From positions 1-64,000 of the IMG/VR virus record IMGVR_UViG_3300021431_000100: a stretch of 64,000 bases of DNA. One strand, 5' to 3'. This DNA comes from a virus. Its lineage: Duplodnaviria; Caudoviricetes. The notes under the pieces are model-generated. The model saw only the letters and a program-made list of their open reading frames with translations, searched no databases and had not been told where the DNA came from. This document shows positions 19,137 through 27,408 of this stretch, piece by piece (position 1 is the stretch's first letter; every line of letters starts with the position of its first letter). The position numbers and the translations under genes were made by a program.

Positions 19137-21248
19137 ATGTCAGATGGATTCGTAAATCTCCATGTTCACTCGGAACGTAGTCTTTTAGATGGTATGATAA
19201 AAGTAGATGATTTAGTTAAAACTACTTTGGAATATAATCAGATAGCCTCAGTTATCACAGACCACGGGAATTGCTATACGATTGTGGACCATTTTAAAGA
19301 GGCTAAAAAACAAGGACAACATGCCATTGCAGGTGTTGAGTTATATATGGTACAAGATATGTACAACAAAGGTGGTTCGGAAGGTGAAGCGGAGTCTGTT
19401 TCTAAACGAAATCACTTTTTGCTGCTCGCTAAAAACAAAGCAGGTTATCAGAAATTGTGCCGAATTGTATCTAAGGGATATACAGACGGTTTTTATTATA
19501 GACCTCGTGTAGACAATACTGTATTTGAGGAATTTCTTGATAAAGACGGCAAAGAAAATGACGTAATTGCAAGTAGTGCTTGCTTTGTAGCGGGCACAAA
19601 AGTTATTCTTGCTGATGGCACTTTAAAAAATATTGAGGAATGTGTAAAAGGTGATAAGGTAATTACACACTTAGGTACAGCGGAAGAAATTAAAGCACCA
19701 ACAAAGAGAATTTTTAAAGGACAAATTTTTAAGTTAAAAATTAAAGATAAACCTGATATTCGTTGTACTTCTGACCATAAGTTTTTTGTTCAAAGATTTA
19801 AAAATGCTGTTTTAAGTGAAAATGGCAAAAAAGAACTTAAATGCGTTTGGGCAGAAGCAAAAACTTTAAAGCGTAAAGATTATATGCTTGAACCTGTATC
19901 AAATTCAGAAGAAGCAGATATTGAGTTCGAGGGTGTATACTATAAAAGACACCAATTTTTACATTACGAAAGAAAATATTATAAAGAAATTACTGTACAT
20001 TGTTTGGCTGTTGAAAATACTCATTCATTTCTTGTTGAAGGGGGTATTTCTGCACATAATTGTCTTGCGGGGATTATTCCGCAATATATATTAAATAACG
20101 AAATTGAAAAGGCAGACGAAGTTGCTAAATATTATCAGCATTTGTTTGGTGGCAATTTTTGGCTTGAAATTCAGCCAATGGAAGGTTATGAGCAATATGT
20201 TGTTAATAAAGAAATTATTGCAATGTCTAAACGGTTAAATATTCCTATGATTGCTACTACTGACGCTCATTATCTTAAAAAAGAGGACAAGGCAACTCAT
20301 GATGTTTTGTTGTGTCTGCAGAGTAGTTCGTTGATTAGTGACCCAAATCGTTGGTCTTTTGCAGGTAATTCATATTACATTATGACCAAAGATGAAATTA
20401 CAGACTATTTTAAGCGTGGTTATCATTATAAGTTGGTCAAAACCCGTAATACCAAGAAAAATGCAACTTCTGAATTTAAATTGACTTATGTTCATGATTA
20501 TGACGGAGCGAAGTTTGAAGCCCCTGATAAGGTTATGAAGGATTTTGTTGAGATTGTTGAAGAAGGATATTTTAGTTATGCGGATTTAGACCAAGACGCA
20601 ATTGCACAAGCTATTGCAGAAACAGAACATGTAGCTCAAATGTGTGATTTTGAAATTGAACTTGGTAAGCATTATTTACCTAAGATAAAATTACCAACAG
20701 ACGACCCTAAGTTTGTTAGTTGGAGAAATAAATCTAAAAACAAAGGTAAATTAAACGAGGACTATCTTAGATATTTGTGTATTGGTGGTTTGATAAAACA
20801 TGGGCTTACAGATAAAAAATATAAAGATAGATTAAAGTATGAATTAAAAATTATTAACGATATGGACTTCCCCGATTACTTCTTGATTTATTACGATATT
20901 GCAAAATTCTGTTATGATAAAAACATTCCATTCGGCCCAGGTCGTGGGTGTTTTGTGGCAAATTCTATGGTAAAAACTGATACAGATACAGTTCCAATAC
21001 AGGATATTGAGATTGGTAGTAATGTATATTGCCACGATGAATTGTTACATCCTGTAGTAGCAAAACATGAATATGATATTGATGAGGATATTACGGATAT
21101 TGTATGTGGCGATAAGGCTATTAAAGGTGTTACATTAGACCACAAAATCTATGCGATTAAGCAAGAAGATTTTGATAAGGGCGTGCGTGAACCAAAATGG
21201 TATCACGCTAAAGAATTGAAAAAAGGTGATTATATTTGCGAATTGTAA
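19137..21248 (+). CDS. dnaE: DNA polymerase III alpha, N-terminal precursor (PHP domain + cis mini-intein + N-half of split intein)
   Basis: NLHVHS..SLLDG, TDHGN, HFLLLAKN..GY.KL, TTDAHY, F.DYFLIYYD and GPGRG. The ORF stops 99 aa after GPGRG with no polymerase core. Confidence 0.93.
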   Translation: MSDGFVNLHVHSERSLLDGMIKVDDLVKTTLEYNQIASVITDHGNCYTIVDHFKEAKKQGQHAIAGVELYMVQDMYNKGGSEGEAESVSKRNHFLLLAKNKAGYQKLCRIVSKGYTDGFYYRPRVDNTVFEEFLDKDGKENDVIASSACFVAGTKVILADGTLKNIEECVKGDKVITHLGTAEEIKAPTKRIFKGQIFKLKIKDKPDIRCTSDHKFFVQRFKNAVLSENGKKELKCVWAEAKTLKRKDYMLEPVSNSEEADIEFEGVYYKRHQFLHYERKYYKEITVHCLAVENTHSFLVEGGISAHNCLAGIIPQYILNNEIEKADEVAKYYQHLFGGNFWLEIQPMEGYEQYVVNKEIIAMSKRLNIPMIATTDAHYLKKEDKATHDVLLCLQSSSLISDPNRWSFAGNSYYIMTKDEITDYFKRGYHYKLVKTRNTKKNATSEFKLTYVHDYDGAKFEAPDKVMKDFVEIVEEGYFSYADLDQDAIAQAIAETEHVAQMCDFEIELGKHYLPKIKLPTDDPKFVSWRNKSKNKGKLNEDYLRYLCIGGLIKHGLTDKKYKDRLKYELKIINDMDFPDYFLIYYDIAKFCYDKNIPFGPGRGCFVANSMVKTDTDTVPIQDIEIGSNVYCHDELLHPVVAKHEYDIDEDITDIVCGDKAIKGVTLDHKIYAIKQEDFDKGVREPKWYHAKELKKGDYICEL
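19581..20060 (+). mobile_element. Cis mini-intein (160 aa, no endonuclease) in the DnaE PHP domain
   Basis: Starts CFVAGTKVILADG (block A), has TSDHKFF (block B) and ends ISAHN before C. Excision restores SSA|CLAG. Confidence 0.9.
20949..21245 (+). mobile_element. Split intein N-half (99 aa)
   Basis: CFVANSMVKT..VPIQDIEIG (block A), TLDHKIY (block B), W..AKELKKGDYI then a stop. Inserted at GPGRG|. Confidence 0.9.
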
Positions 21249-21266
21249 TATGTAATTAGTAGAAGA

Positions 21267-21294
21267 AAGGCGTGTGTGTTGTCATATGCCTTTT
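21267..21294 (+). terminator. Terminator-like hairpin after the dnaE N-half
   Basis: AAGGCGTGTG / CATATGCCTT stem (with G-U pairs) followed by TTTT. Confidence 0.6.
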
Positions 21295-21318
21295 ATATTG
21301 TAGAAAAGGAGTGAAAAG

Positions 21319-21636
21319 GTGAAAAGGTTGATTGCACAAGATTTAGATAGTTACTATGTCATTTTAGAAGACATGGTTAATGAAAATAAAAATGCTTTTG
21401 TATGTCGAACCGAAGGTGAAGCCCGCAAACTTTTTGAACAAGAAATTAATGATAATTTCATGGACGATATTATCACCAAAAATGAGTTTGAAGAAACTTA
21501 TGGTAAACCATATGACCAAGTTATACAGGAATGTTCTTTAGATTGTGAAGACGGACATTGCGTAGTAGAACAACATACAGAAGAAGAAATACAACAATTA
21601 AATAATGATGAAGGTTATATAACCATTTGGCTATAA
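21319..21636 (+). CDS. Small acidic hypothetical protein (KRLIA motif)
   Basis: GTG start with AAGGAG RBS, 105 aa. Confidence 0.6.
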   Translation: MKRLIAQDLDSYYVILEDMVNENKNAFVCRTEGEARKLFEQEINDNFMDDIITKNEFEETYGKPYDQVIQECSLDCEDGHCVVEQHTEEEIQQLNNDEGYITIWL

Positions 21637-21658
21637 ATATATATGAGGTGATTTGTAA

Positions 21659-22111
21659 ATGGCTGATGAAAAACATATTTCTTTTGGTAATTTAGCTAAA
21701 TTCAAAGAAAAATATGACGAAAAAGTAAGTGACGAATTAGCAAACAAAGTAGACGTTGTGGAAGGAAAAGGCTTATCCGCTAATGATTTCACTAACGAGC
21801 TTAAAGCTACTCTTGAATCTGCTTTGCAAGCAGATGATTTAACAGACTATGCTAAGAAAACTGATATTTCTAGCGTGTTTAAGTATAAAGGTAGTGTGGA
21901 AAATTATTCTGATTTACCTGTTGAAAATTCAGTAGGCGATACTTATAATATTATTAACGCCGATACTGAACATAATATTGATGCAGGAGATAATTTGACT
22001 TGGAATGGTGAAGGTTGGGATAACTTATCAGGCATAATAAATTTAACCCCTATTAACACTAAACTGAGTGAATTGGAAACCTCTATTGATAATATTGGTA
22101 AGGTAGAATTT
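21659..22111 (+). repeat. 453-nt near-identical direct repeat, copy 1 (copy 2 at 62921-63373)
   Basis: Both copies encode MADEKHISFGNLAKFKEKYDEK...NIGKVEF, co-linear without indels, and share the upstream TATGAGGTGAT RBS. Confidence 0.9.
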
Positions 22112-23089
22112 GCGAACAAAAAGGATATTGATGATATGTTTAAAGTACCTTATTTAACTTTTGCGACTACAAATCATGAAGTGATTAATCTTGCTAAACC
22201 TTACCAAATGAATTGGGACGGTGTGCTTGAATACTCAACTGATACTGTTAATTGGCATGAAATTGCTTCTAATACAAGTAATTACATAAAATTTTCTCCA
22301 ACAGGTAAGTTATATTTAAGAGGTTTGAATAATACAGTTATAAATTCAACTTTTCAATTTAATGCTCCATATGAAACAAGAGTAAAATGTATAGGTAATG
22401 TGGAAAATTTGTTAGATTATCAAAAAGTAGCTAATGGCGAGCACCCTACAATGGGGGAAAATTGTTTCAACGATTTATTTAGAGGTAATAACTTTTTAGT
22501 AAGTGCTCCTGAATTACCTGCCACTGTATTATCCAAAAACTGTTATAGCAACATGTTTAATTGGTGCATAAATTTAGCCGAAGCACCTGAACTACCTGCA
22601 ACTACATTAGCAGAAAGTTGCTATGAATATATGTTATATGGTACTAATATAACTGAAGCACCTGAACTACCTGCTACTGTATTATCCAAAAACTGTTATG
22701 GTAACATGTTTAGTTCGTGCAAACAATTAGTCAAAACACCTGAATTGCTTTCTACTGAATTAGCTTATGGTTGTTATAATAATATGTTTAGTAGTTGTAC
22801 TGCTTTAACACAAATTTCTGAATTACCTGCAACTGAATTAGAGGAACGTTGTTATAACAATATGTTTTACGGTTGTACTTCTTTGACAGCACCAATAGAC
22901 TTACCTGCTACTGTATTGGCAAAAGACTGTTATGTATATATGTTTATGGGATGTACTTCATTAACAGGTGTTGTTCATTGTCCTGCCTCGGTAGAAAATG
23001 ACCCTAATAATATTAGTAATGGTCATGGTTTTGCAAAAGATTATTCTGATGCTGAACTGCCTAATGTTACTGTTGTTTATGATTTATAA
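21659..23089 (+). CDS. Modular virion protein: conserved 151-aa head plus Cys-containing leucine-rich (BspA-like) repeats
   Basis: Head shared with ORF 62921. About six ~25-aa repeats of the form PELPATxLxxxCYxxMFxxCxxL (about 22500-22960). Confidence 0.7.
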   Translation: MADEKHISFGNLAKFKEKYDEKVSDELANKVDVVEGKGLSANDFTNELKATLESALQADDLTDYAKKTDISSVFKYKGSVENYSDLPVENSVGDTYNIINADTEHNIDAGDNLTWNGEGWDNLSGIINLTPINTKLSELETSIDNIGKVEFANKKDIDDMFKVPYLTFATTNHEVINLAKPYQMNWDGVLEYSTDTVNWHEIASNTSNYIKFSPTGKLYLRGLNNTVINSTFQFNAPYETRVKCIGNVENLLDYQKVANGEHPTMGENCFNDLFRGNNFLVSAPELPATVLSKNCYSNMFNWCINLAEAPELPATTLAESCYEYMLYGTNITEAPELPATVLSKNCYGNMFSSCKQLVKTPELLSTELAYGCYNNMFSSCTALTQISELPATELEERCYNNMFYGCTSLTAPIDLPATVLAKDCYVYMFMGCTSLTGVVHCPASVENDPNNISNGHGFAKDYSDAELPNVTVVYDL

Positions 23090-23119
23090 TAAAAAAAAGA
23101 CCTCATTATGAGGTCTTTT

Positions 23120-23443
23120 TTATGTTTGTTTGTAAAACATATTGATGAAAAATTCTGCTTTTTTGTTTGTTAAAGGGGAAAAATATTTTTTTTGGTAAGT
23201 ATCATATATCCATGCTGTATCAAAAAATCCATTACAATATGCTATAAATTTGCCGTTAATAAATTTGAAATGACCTTTGTTAATAGCGAAAGCAATCTTT
23301 TCTAATGTTTGTTCACTTGTTTTATCAAGATTAAATTTATTACAAATAACATCATAAATTTCCAAAGCAACTTTTAAAGAAATTCCATCACTTCCGATTG
23401 CTTTTGCCATTAAACATTTGATGACGTTTTTTAACATAATCAA
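23120..23443 (-). CDS. Hypothetical protein
   Basis: 107-aa ORF in a minus-strand cluster, AGGAG RBS. Confidence 0.55.
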   Translation of the reverse strand: MIMLKNVIKCLMAKAIGSDGISLKVALEIYDVICNKFNLDKTSEQTLEKIAFAINKGHFKFINGKFIAYCNGFFDTAWIYDTYQKKYFSPLTNKKAEFFINMFYKQT

Positions 23444-23887
23444 TTATTCCTCCTTAACCAAATTTAAAACAGCTATAGGCATAAATGAATATACCACGTC
23501 TCTCATTGCCTGAAATGGCATATCAACAAACATTACGTCGCAGGTTTGCTCTACTTTATAACCGATAAAATTTGTTAAAGGAAGCACTTCGTGAGAAATT
23601 GTTATATTTTTACCTTTGTGAATTAGAGGACAGAAAATAATACATGGTTTGTCAAATTCTTTTAGTCTGTCGAATTCCATGCGTGTCAATACAATCGCAT
23701 TTGGTAAATTACATAAACAAGACCCTGAACAACATAATAATGGGTCATCTCTAAAAGCGTCTGTCATATAAAAGCTTCCTTTTTTTGTTTTAATAACATC
23801 TTTAACACATTTTGCAAAAGCTTTGGAAAACTTTTCTTTTATAACATCAAATTCAAATTCAAAGTAATTAATATCTAAATAAATCAT
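23444..23887 (-). CDS. Hypothetical protein, paralog of 24270-24677
   Basis: Shared IIxCPL and xxFVDxPF motifs. Confidence 0.6.
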   Translation of the reverse strand: MIYLDINYFEFEFDVIKEKFSKAFAKCVKDVIKTKKGSFYMTDAFRDDPLLCCSGSCLCNLPNAIVLTRMEFDRLKEFDKPCIIFCPLIHKGKNITISHEVLPLTNFIGYKVEQTCDVMFVDMPFQAMRDVVYSFMPIAVLNLVKEE

Positions 23888-23943
23888 AGTTTGTACTCCG
23901 TTCTCAAAATAAATATATACGATTGACGTTTTAATTTATTTTA

Positions 23944-23972
23944 ATTATAGCAATAAATTAATAATTTGTCAA
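23944..23972 (-). promoter_or_regulatory. Consensus sigma70 promoter (minus strand)
   Basis: TTGACA-17-TATAAT preceded by an A-tract. Confidence 0.8.
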
Positions 23973-24099
23973 TAGTTTTTTTAAAGAAAGGAAACAGTAT
24001 ATGTAACGATTAATTGCATACTACAAGATTGTAGAAACGAATTACTTAAAATTATTGGTAATGATACTTTTGAAATCAAATAAAGAAAAGGGGCTATAA

Positions 24100-24261
24100 T
24101 CAGCCCCTTTTTTGTTCTTTTAAAATCTCAATTTGACGTTCAATGCATGGACTATAATGTTCACAGCCAATGTTGTTAACGTTTACCTGCTTTTTGAATT
24201 TAAAACACATTTCAAAAATATAGTTTTTACAATAGCCACAATAATTTACGTCGCTAGGCAT
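24100..24261 (-). CDS. 53-aa Cys-rich small protein, below the ORF-track cutoff
   Basis: GGAG RBS then MPSDVNYCGYCKNYIFEMCFKFKKQVNVNNIGCEHYSPCIERQIEILKEQKRG*. Confidence 0.55.
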   Translation of the reverse strand: MPSDVNYCGYCKNYIFEMCFKFKKQVNVNNIGCEHYSPCIERQIEILKEQKRG

Positions 24262-24269
24262 AATAATTA

Positions 24270-24677
24270 TCACTTCTCCTTGTTCTGAATTTCATAGGCA
24301 CAAAGAATATTGCCTAAATCGCACAAGAAAAACTGCTCTTTTTCCTCAAAAGGAACGTCTACAAACAAAATTGTACAAGGCTTTTCTCTACCTGTACCGA
24401 AAAAGGTTTTTGTATTGCCGTTTTCTACAAAAACATTAAATTCATTTTTATGGTTTACCAACGGACAGCATATAATAATACTGTCGGTAAATGTATTAAT
24501 CTTTTTGCCAAAGTCGGTGTGATGATAAGCGGTTGAATTGGGAATACAATCAATAAATGTACCACTTGCACCGAGGAAATCTTCTTCCATATATGCGTCA
24601 ACAAATGCCAATTTCTTGTTTGGGTTGCTTTCAATAATTTTAGTTAAAGCTTTAAAAACCATTTCCTTTTTATCCAT
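24270..24677 (-). CDS. Hypothetical protein, paralog of 23444-23887
   Basis: IIICCPLV and ILFVDVPF motifs, AAAGGTG RBS. Confidence 0.6.
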   Translation of the reverse strand: MDKKEMVFKALTKIIESNPNKKLAFVDAYMEEDFLGASGTFIDCIPNSTAYHHTDFGKKINTFTDSIIICCPLVNHKNEFNVFVENGNTKTFFGTGREKPCTILFVDVPFEEKEQFFLCDLGNILCAYEIQNKEK

Positions 24678-24734
24678 TTTTTACACACCTTTCTTGACTT
24701 AAATATCATTAAATTTATTTGATTCTGTATATTA

Positions 24735-24763
24735 ATAGTAGCAAATAAAATACTATTTGTCAA
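24735..24763 (-). promoter_or_regulatory. Sigma70 promoter (minus strand)
   Basis: TTGACA-17-TACTAT preceded by an A-tract. Confidence 0.7.
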
Positions 24764-24793
24764 TAGCTTTTTTTAATATAAAGGAGAATTTCG

Positions 24794-25261
24794 ATGAAAC
24801 GATTAGTTGCGACAACAAAACAAACACAAGAATTTGGTATAGATACAGACATAGAATTAAATTTGATACATGAAAAAGACCCACGCCTAAACAAAGATAA
24901 TTTACATAATTTTGCCAAGCAAAATAATGAAGGAGTAGAAGGTGGCATCTTCTATGAATTGGAAAATGGATTAATACATTTATATGTTGTGGAAACATTT
25001 TGGTTTAAAGATGTAGACCAAAAAGCAGGTAATGAAGTTAATAGAGTGGCTTATGTAGCTTCACGTTTACACGGAGACGGTACATTAGAGCAACCACAAT
25101 ATGTAGAAATCAAAGACAGTACCTCTCCTTCTGACGCAAAAGTTAGTAATGTAACTATTGAAGGTATGGGATTAGTAAAATTACAAGCACGTACTTTGGA
25201 TAGTGCAAGACAAGAATTAGCAACTATCTTTGACGATTATACAGACGATAAATTAGAATAA
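24794..25261 (+). CDS. Acidic hypothetical protein (KRLVA motif)
   Basis: AAGGAG RBS, 155 aa. Confidence 0.6.
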   Translation: MKRLVATTKQTQEFGIDTDIELNLIHEKDPRLNKDNLHNFAKQNNEGVEGGIFYELENGLIHLYVVETFWFKDVDQKAGNEVNRVAYVASRLHGDGTLEQPQYVEIKDSTSPSDAKVSNVTIEGMGLVKLQARTLDSARQELATIFDDYTDDKLE

Positions 25262-25274
25262 AGGAATTTATATT

Positions 25275-25967
25275 ATGGCTATTTATTGTTTACACGACGA
25301 TATTTTAAAATTACGAAACAAGCAAATTAACAAGGACGATATATTAACTTTTGACGACGGACATTATTCTGTATATAAATATAGAGAGCTTTTGGATTCT
25401 GTAGATTGCAAAAAAATATTGTTTATAACACCTTCTTATATTTCTTTGGATAAACGTACAGAAGAACCTGATTTGTCTGTATATTATCAGTGGTATTATA
25501 GAATGGAAGGTAAATCTCCTTGGCTTAATATATATGAAGTAGAAGATTTAATCAAAAATCATAATATAGAGCTTGGTATGCATTCTTATTTCCATGACAT
25601 TGTATATGTCAAAGGAAAGAATGACGAGGATAGATTGTGGCGTATGTATAAAATCAGTAAAGATTTAAATACCATGAAAACTTTAAATAAAATGTACGCC
25701 GTAAAATCAAAACTGAGTGTTGCGGGCTATGATATTTTGAATGGTCATTTGTATCAACGTAACGATGAGCAATTTACTGAATTTATTAAATCTGATACAT
25801 ATATGTGTATGGAATGGTTTAAAAAATATTTTGGTAAAATTGATAAGTATGCTTTCCCATTTTTTGATTCTTCTCAGGAACTTTTGAACGAACTTCACCA
25901 TTACGGCTTGAAAGACGAAAATCTTTTTGGCAAAAGATTAAATATTGTTAATGCTAAAGATTTGTAA
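25275..25967 (+). CDS. Polysaccharide deacetylase (NodB-homology)-like protein
   Basis: LTFDDG motif and ELGMHSYFH (HxxxH) metal-binding motif. Confidence 0.7.
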   Translation: MAIYCLHDDILKLRNKQINKDDILTFDDGHYSVYKYRELLDSVDCKKILFITPSYISLDKRTEEPDLSVYYQWYYRMEGKSPWLNIYEVEDLIKNHNIELGMHSYFHDIVYVKGKNDEDRLWRMYKISKDLNTMKTLNKMYAVKSKLSVAGYDILNGHLYQRNDEQFTEFIKSDTYMCMEWFKKYFGKIDKYAFPFFDSSQELLNELHHYGLKDENLFGKRLNIVNAKDL

Positions 25968-25999
25968 TCCTGTTGACAATATGATATAATATTGTTGAG

Positions 26000-26248
26000 G
26001 TGATAAATATGTGGTTAACTGCTCCATACGTAATTTCTTTGGAACAATTGACTAGCAACAATGTTGCTGTTCAGAAGTTTAATGAGATTACCAAGAAACT
26101 GTTAAATGAAGAAGAAAATAATTATATAGTTGTTGAAGTAAATGAATATAAAGATGATATAGTCGAAGTATTAAAGGCAATGGGTTATACTGTAGAAATT
26201 AACGGAAGCACATTGACTATTAGTGGTTGGACTATTGAAGAAGGTTGA
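26000..26248 (+). CDS. Hypothetical protein
   Basis: 82-aa ORF with GAGGTG RBS. Confidence 0.55.
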   Translation: MINMWLTAPYVISLEQLTSNNVAVQKFNEITKKLLNEEENNYIVVEVNEYKDDIVEVLKAMGYTVEINGSTLTISGWTIEEG

Positions 26249-26252
26249 TTTT

Positions 26253-26471
26253 ATGAAAACTGCACGAAAGAAAAAACGGTTAATACCATATCCATATAGC
26301 TATTCTCGTTATCCATATTTGTATGGATATGGGTTTTATCCTATGACACATGTTGATTACGATTTGGATAATCCAAATTCTAATGATAATACAAATACAG
26401 ATATTTCCTATAGCGATTGCGATTTCGGTGGCGACTTTGGTGGTTGCTGTGATTGCGGTGGCGGGGAATAA
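26253..26471 (+). CDS. 72-aa low-complexity peptide (basic / Tyr-Pro / acidic / Cys-Gly blocks)
   Basis: MKTARKKKRLIPYPYSYSRYPYLYGYGFYP...DCDFGGDFGGCCDCGGGE. Confidence 0.45.
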   Translation: MKTARKKKRLIPYPYSYSRYPYLYGYGFYPMTHVDYDLDNPNSNDNTNTDISYSDCDFGGDFGGCCDCGGGE

Positions 26472-26623
26472 AATAGATAGAGGTATAACATGTGTATATC
26501 TCTGAGTTCGATTAAACGGCTTTGCCACAAAGTGGTTTAATCTATGAACAAAAGTGCTTGTCACAGGTAGGCGTTCTGAACCAACAGGTGGCTAGGGAAA
26601 CCAAAAAGAAATGAACGCAAAAT

Positions 26624-26653
26624 AAAAAGCCCGAATTTATCGGGCTTTTTTTT
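26624..26653 (+). terminator. Intrinsic terminator upstream of the dnaE C-half
   Basis: AAAAAGCCCGA / TCGGGCTTTTTTTT. Confidence 0.85.
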
Positions 26654-26672
26654 GTTTTGGATATAAATTGAA

Positions 26673-26702
26673 TTGACAAAAAATCCGTAAAATCACTATG
26701 AT
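26673..26702 (+). promoter_or_regulatory. Promoter for the dnaE C-half
   Basis: TTGACA-18-TATGAT, then AGGAGG RBS (26721-26) 7 nt before GTG 26734. Confidence 0.65.
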
Positions 26703-26733
26703 AATACTACATTTAAGAAAAGGAGGTTTAAAT

Positions 26734-26847
26734 GTGAAATTTCGACAAATTACAGATACGAATGTTTATCACTATCAAGGAAAAGTTTTTGACTTAACGG
26801 TTGATAGAGCACATTCATATAATGTAAATGATTTTGTGGTTCATAAT
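26734..26847 (+). mobile_element. Split intein C-half (38 aa)
   Basis: MKFRQITD...VFDLTVDRAHSYNVNDFVVHN followed by Ser (+1 nucleophile): blocks F and G. Confidence 0.9.
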
Positions 26848-27408
26848 AGTGGTGCAGGTTCTTTGGTAAATTATGCACTTGGGATTACTCAGGTTAATCC
26901 TATGGACTATGATTTGATTTTTGAACGTTTCCTTAATCCAGACAGGGGACACTTGCCCGACATCGACTCAGATTTTGGTCCTACTAGAGGTTCAGAAGTG
27001 TTTGAACATCTTAATGAACTTTATGGCAAAGAAAATTGTTGTAATATTATAACATTCTCAAATCTTCAAGCAAGAGCGATTATTAAAGACGTATGCCGTT
27101 GTTTCGAAGTGCCATTGAATGAAGTAAACGCTGCTACAAAAGTTGTTCCGAAAGATATACATTCTTTTGACGAACTTTTGGAGATTGCAGAATTAAAAGA
27201 ATTTTTTGATAAACATAAGGGAGTTTATCAACATTGTGCTAAATTATATGGTGCACCTAGACATCATTCTCAACATCCTGCGGGAATTTGTGTATTACCG
27301 TTCCCTGTAACGGATATACTTCCTGTAGAAAATGCTACACCAACCATTCATAATATGGTTGGGTTAATGTCTCAGTATGAGAAGGAAAATGTTGAATTGG
27401 TTGGGGGT
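26734..27408 (+). CDS. dnaE: DNA polymerase III alpha, C-terminal precursor exon 1 (C-half intein + palm domain)
   Basis: After ...VVHN comes SGAGSLVNYALGIT, FERFLNPDR..LPDIDSDF (catalytic Asp pair) and SQHPAGI. The exon ends VELVGG at the 5' splice site. Confidence 0.92.

Noticed and set aside
22500-22960. Tandem DNA repeats as a CRISPR array or DGR target
   Set aside because: The repeats are in-frame LRR coding units without unique spacers. I saw no reverse transcriptase or adenine-specific TR/VR pair in the window.
26472-26623. GC-richer intergenic stretch with a GCCAC-AAA-GTGGT hairpin, as a CRISPR repeat, ribozyme or small ORF
   Set aside because: There is no second repeat copy at spacer distance and no ribozyme core I can recognise. 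The only RBS-linked ORF is 16 codons.
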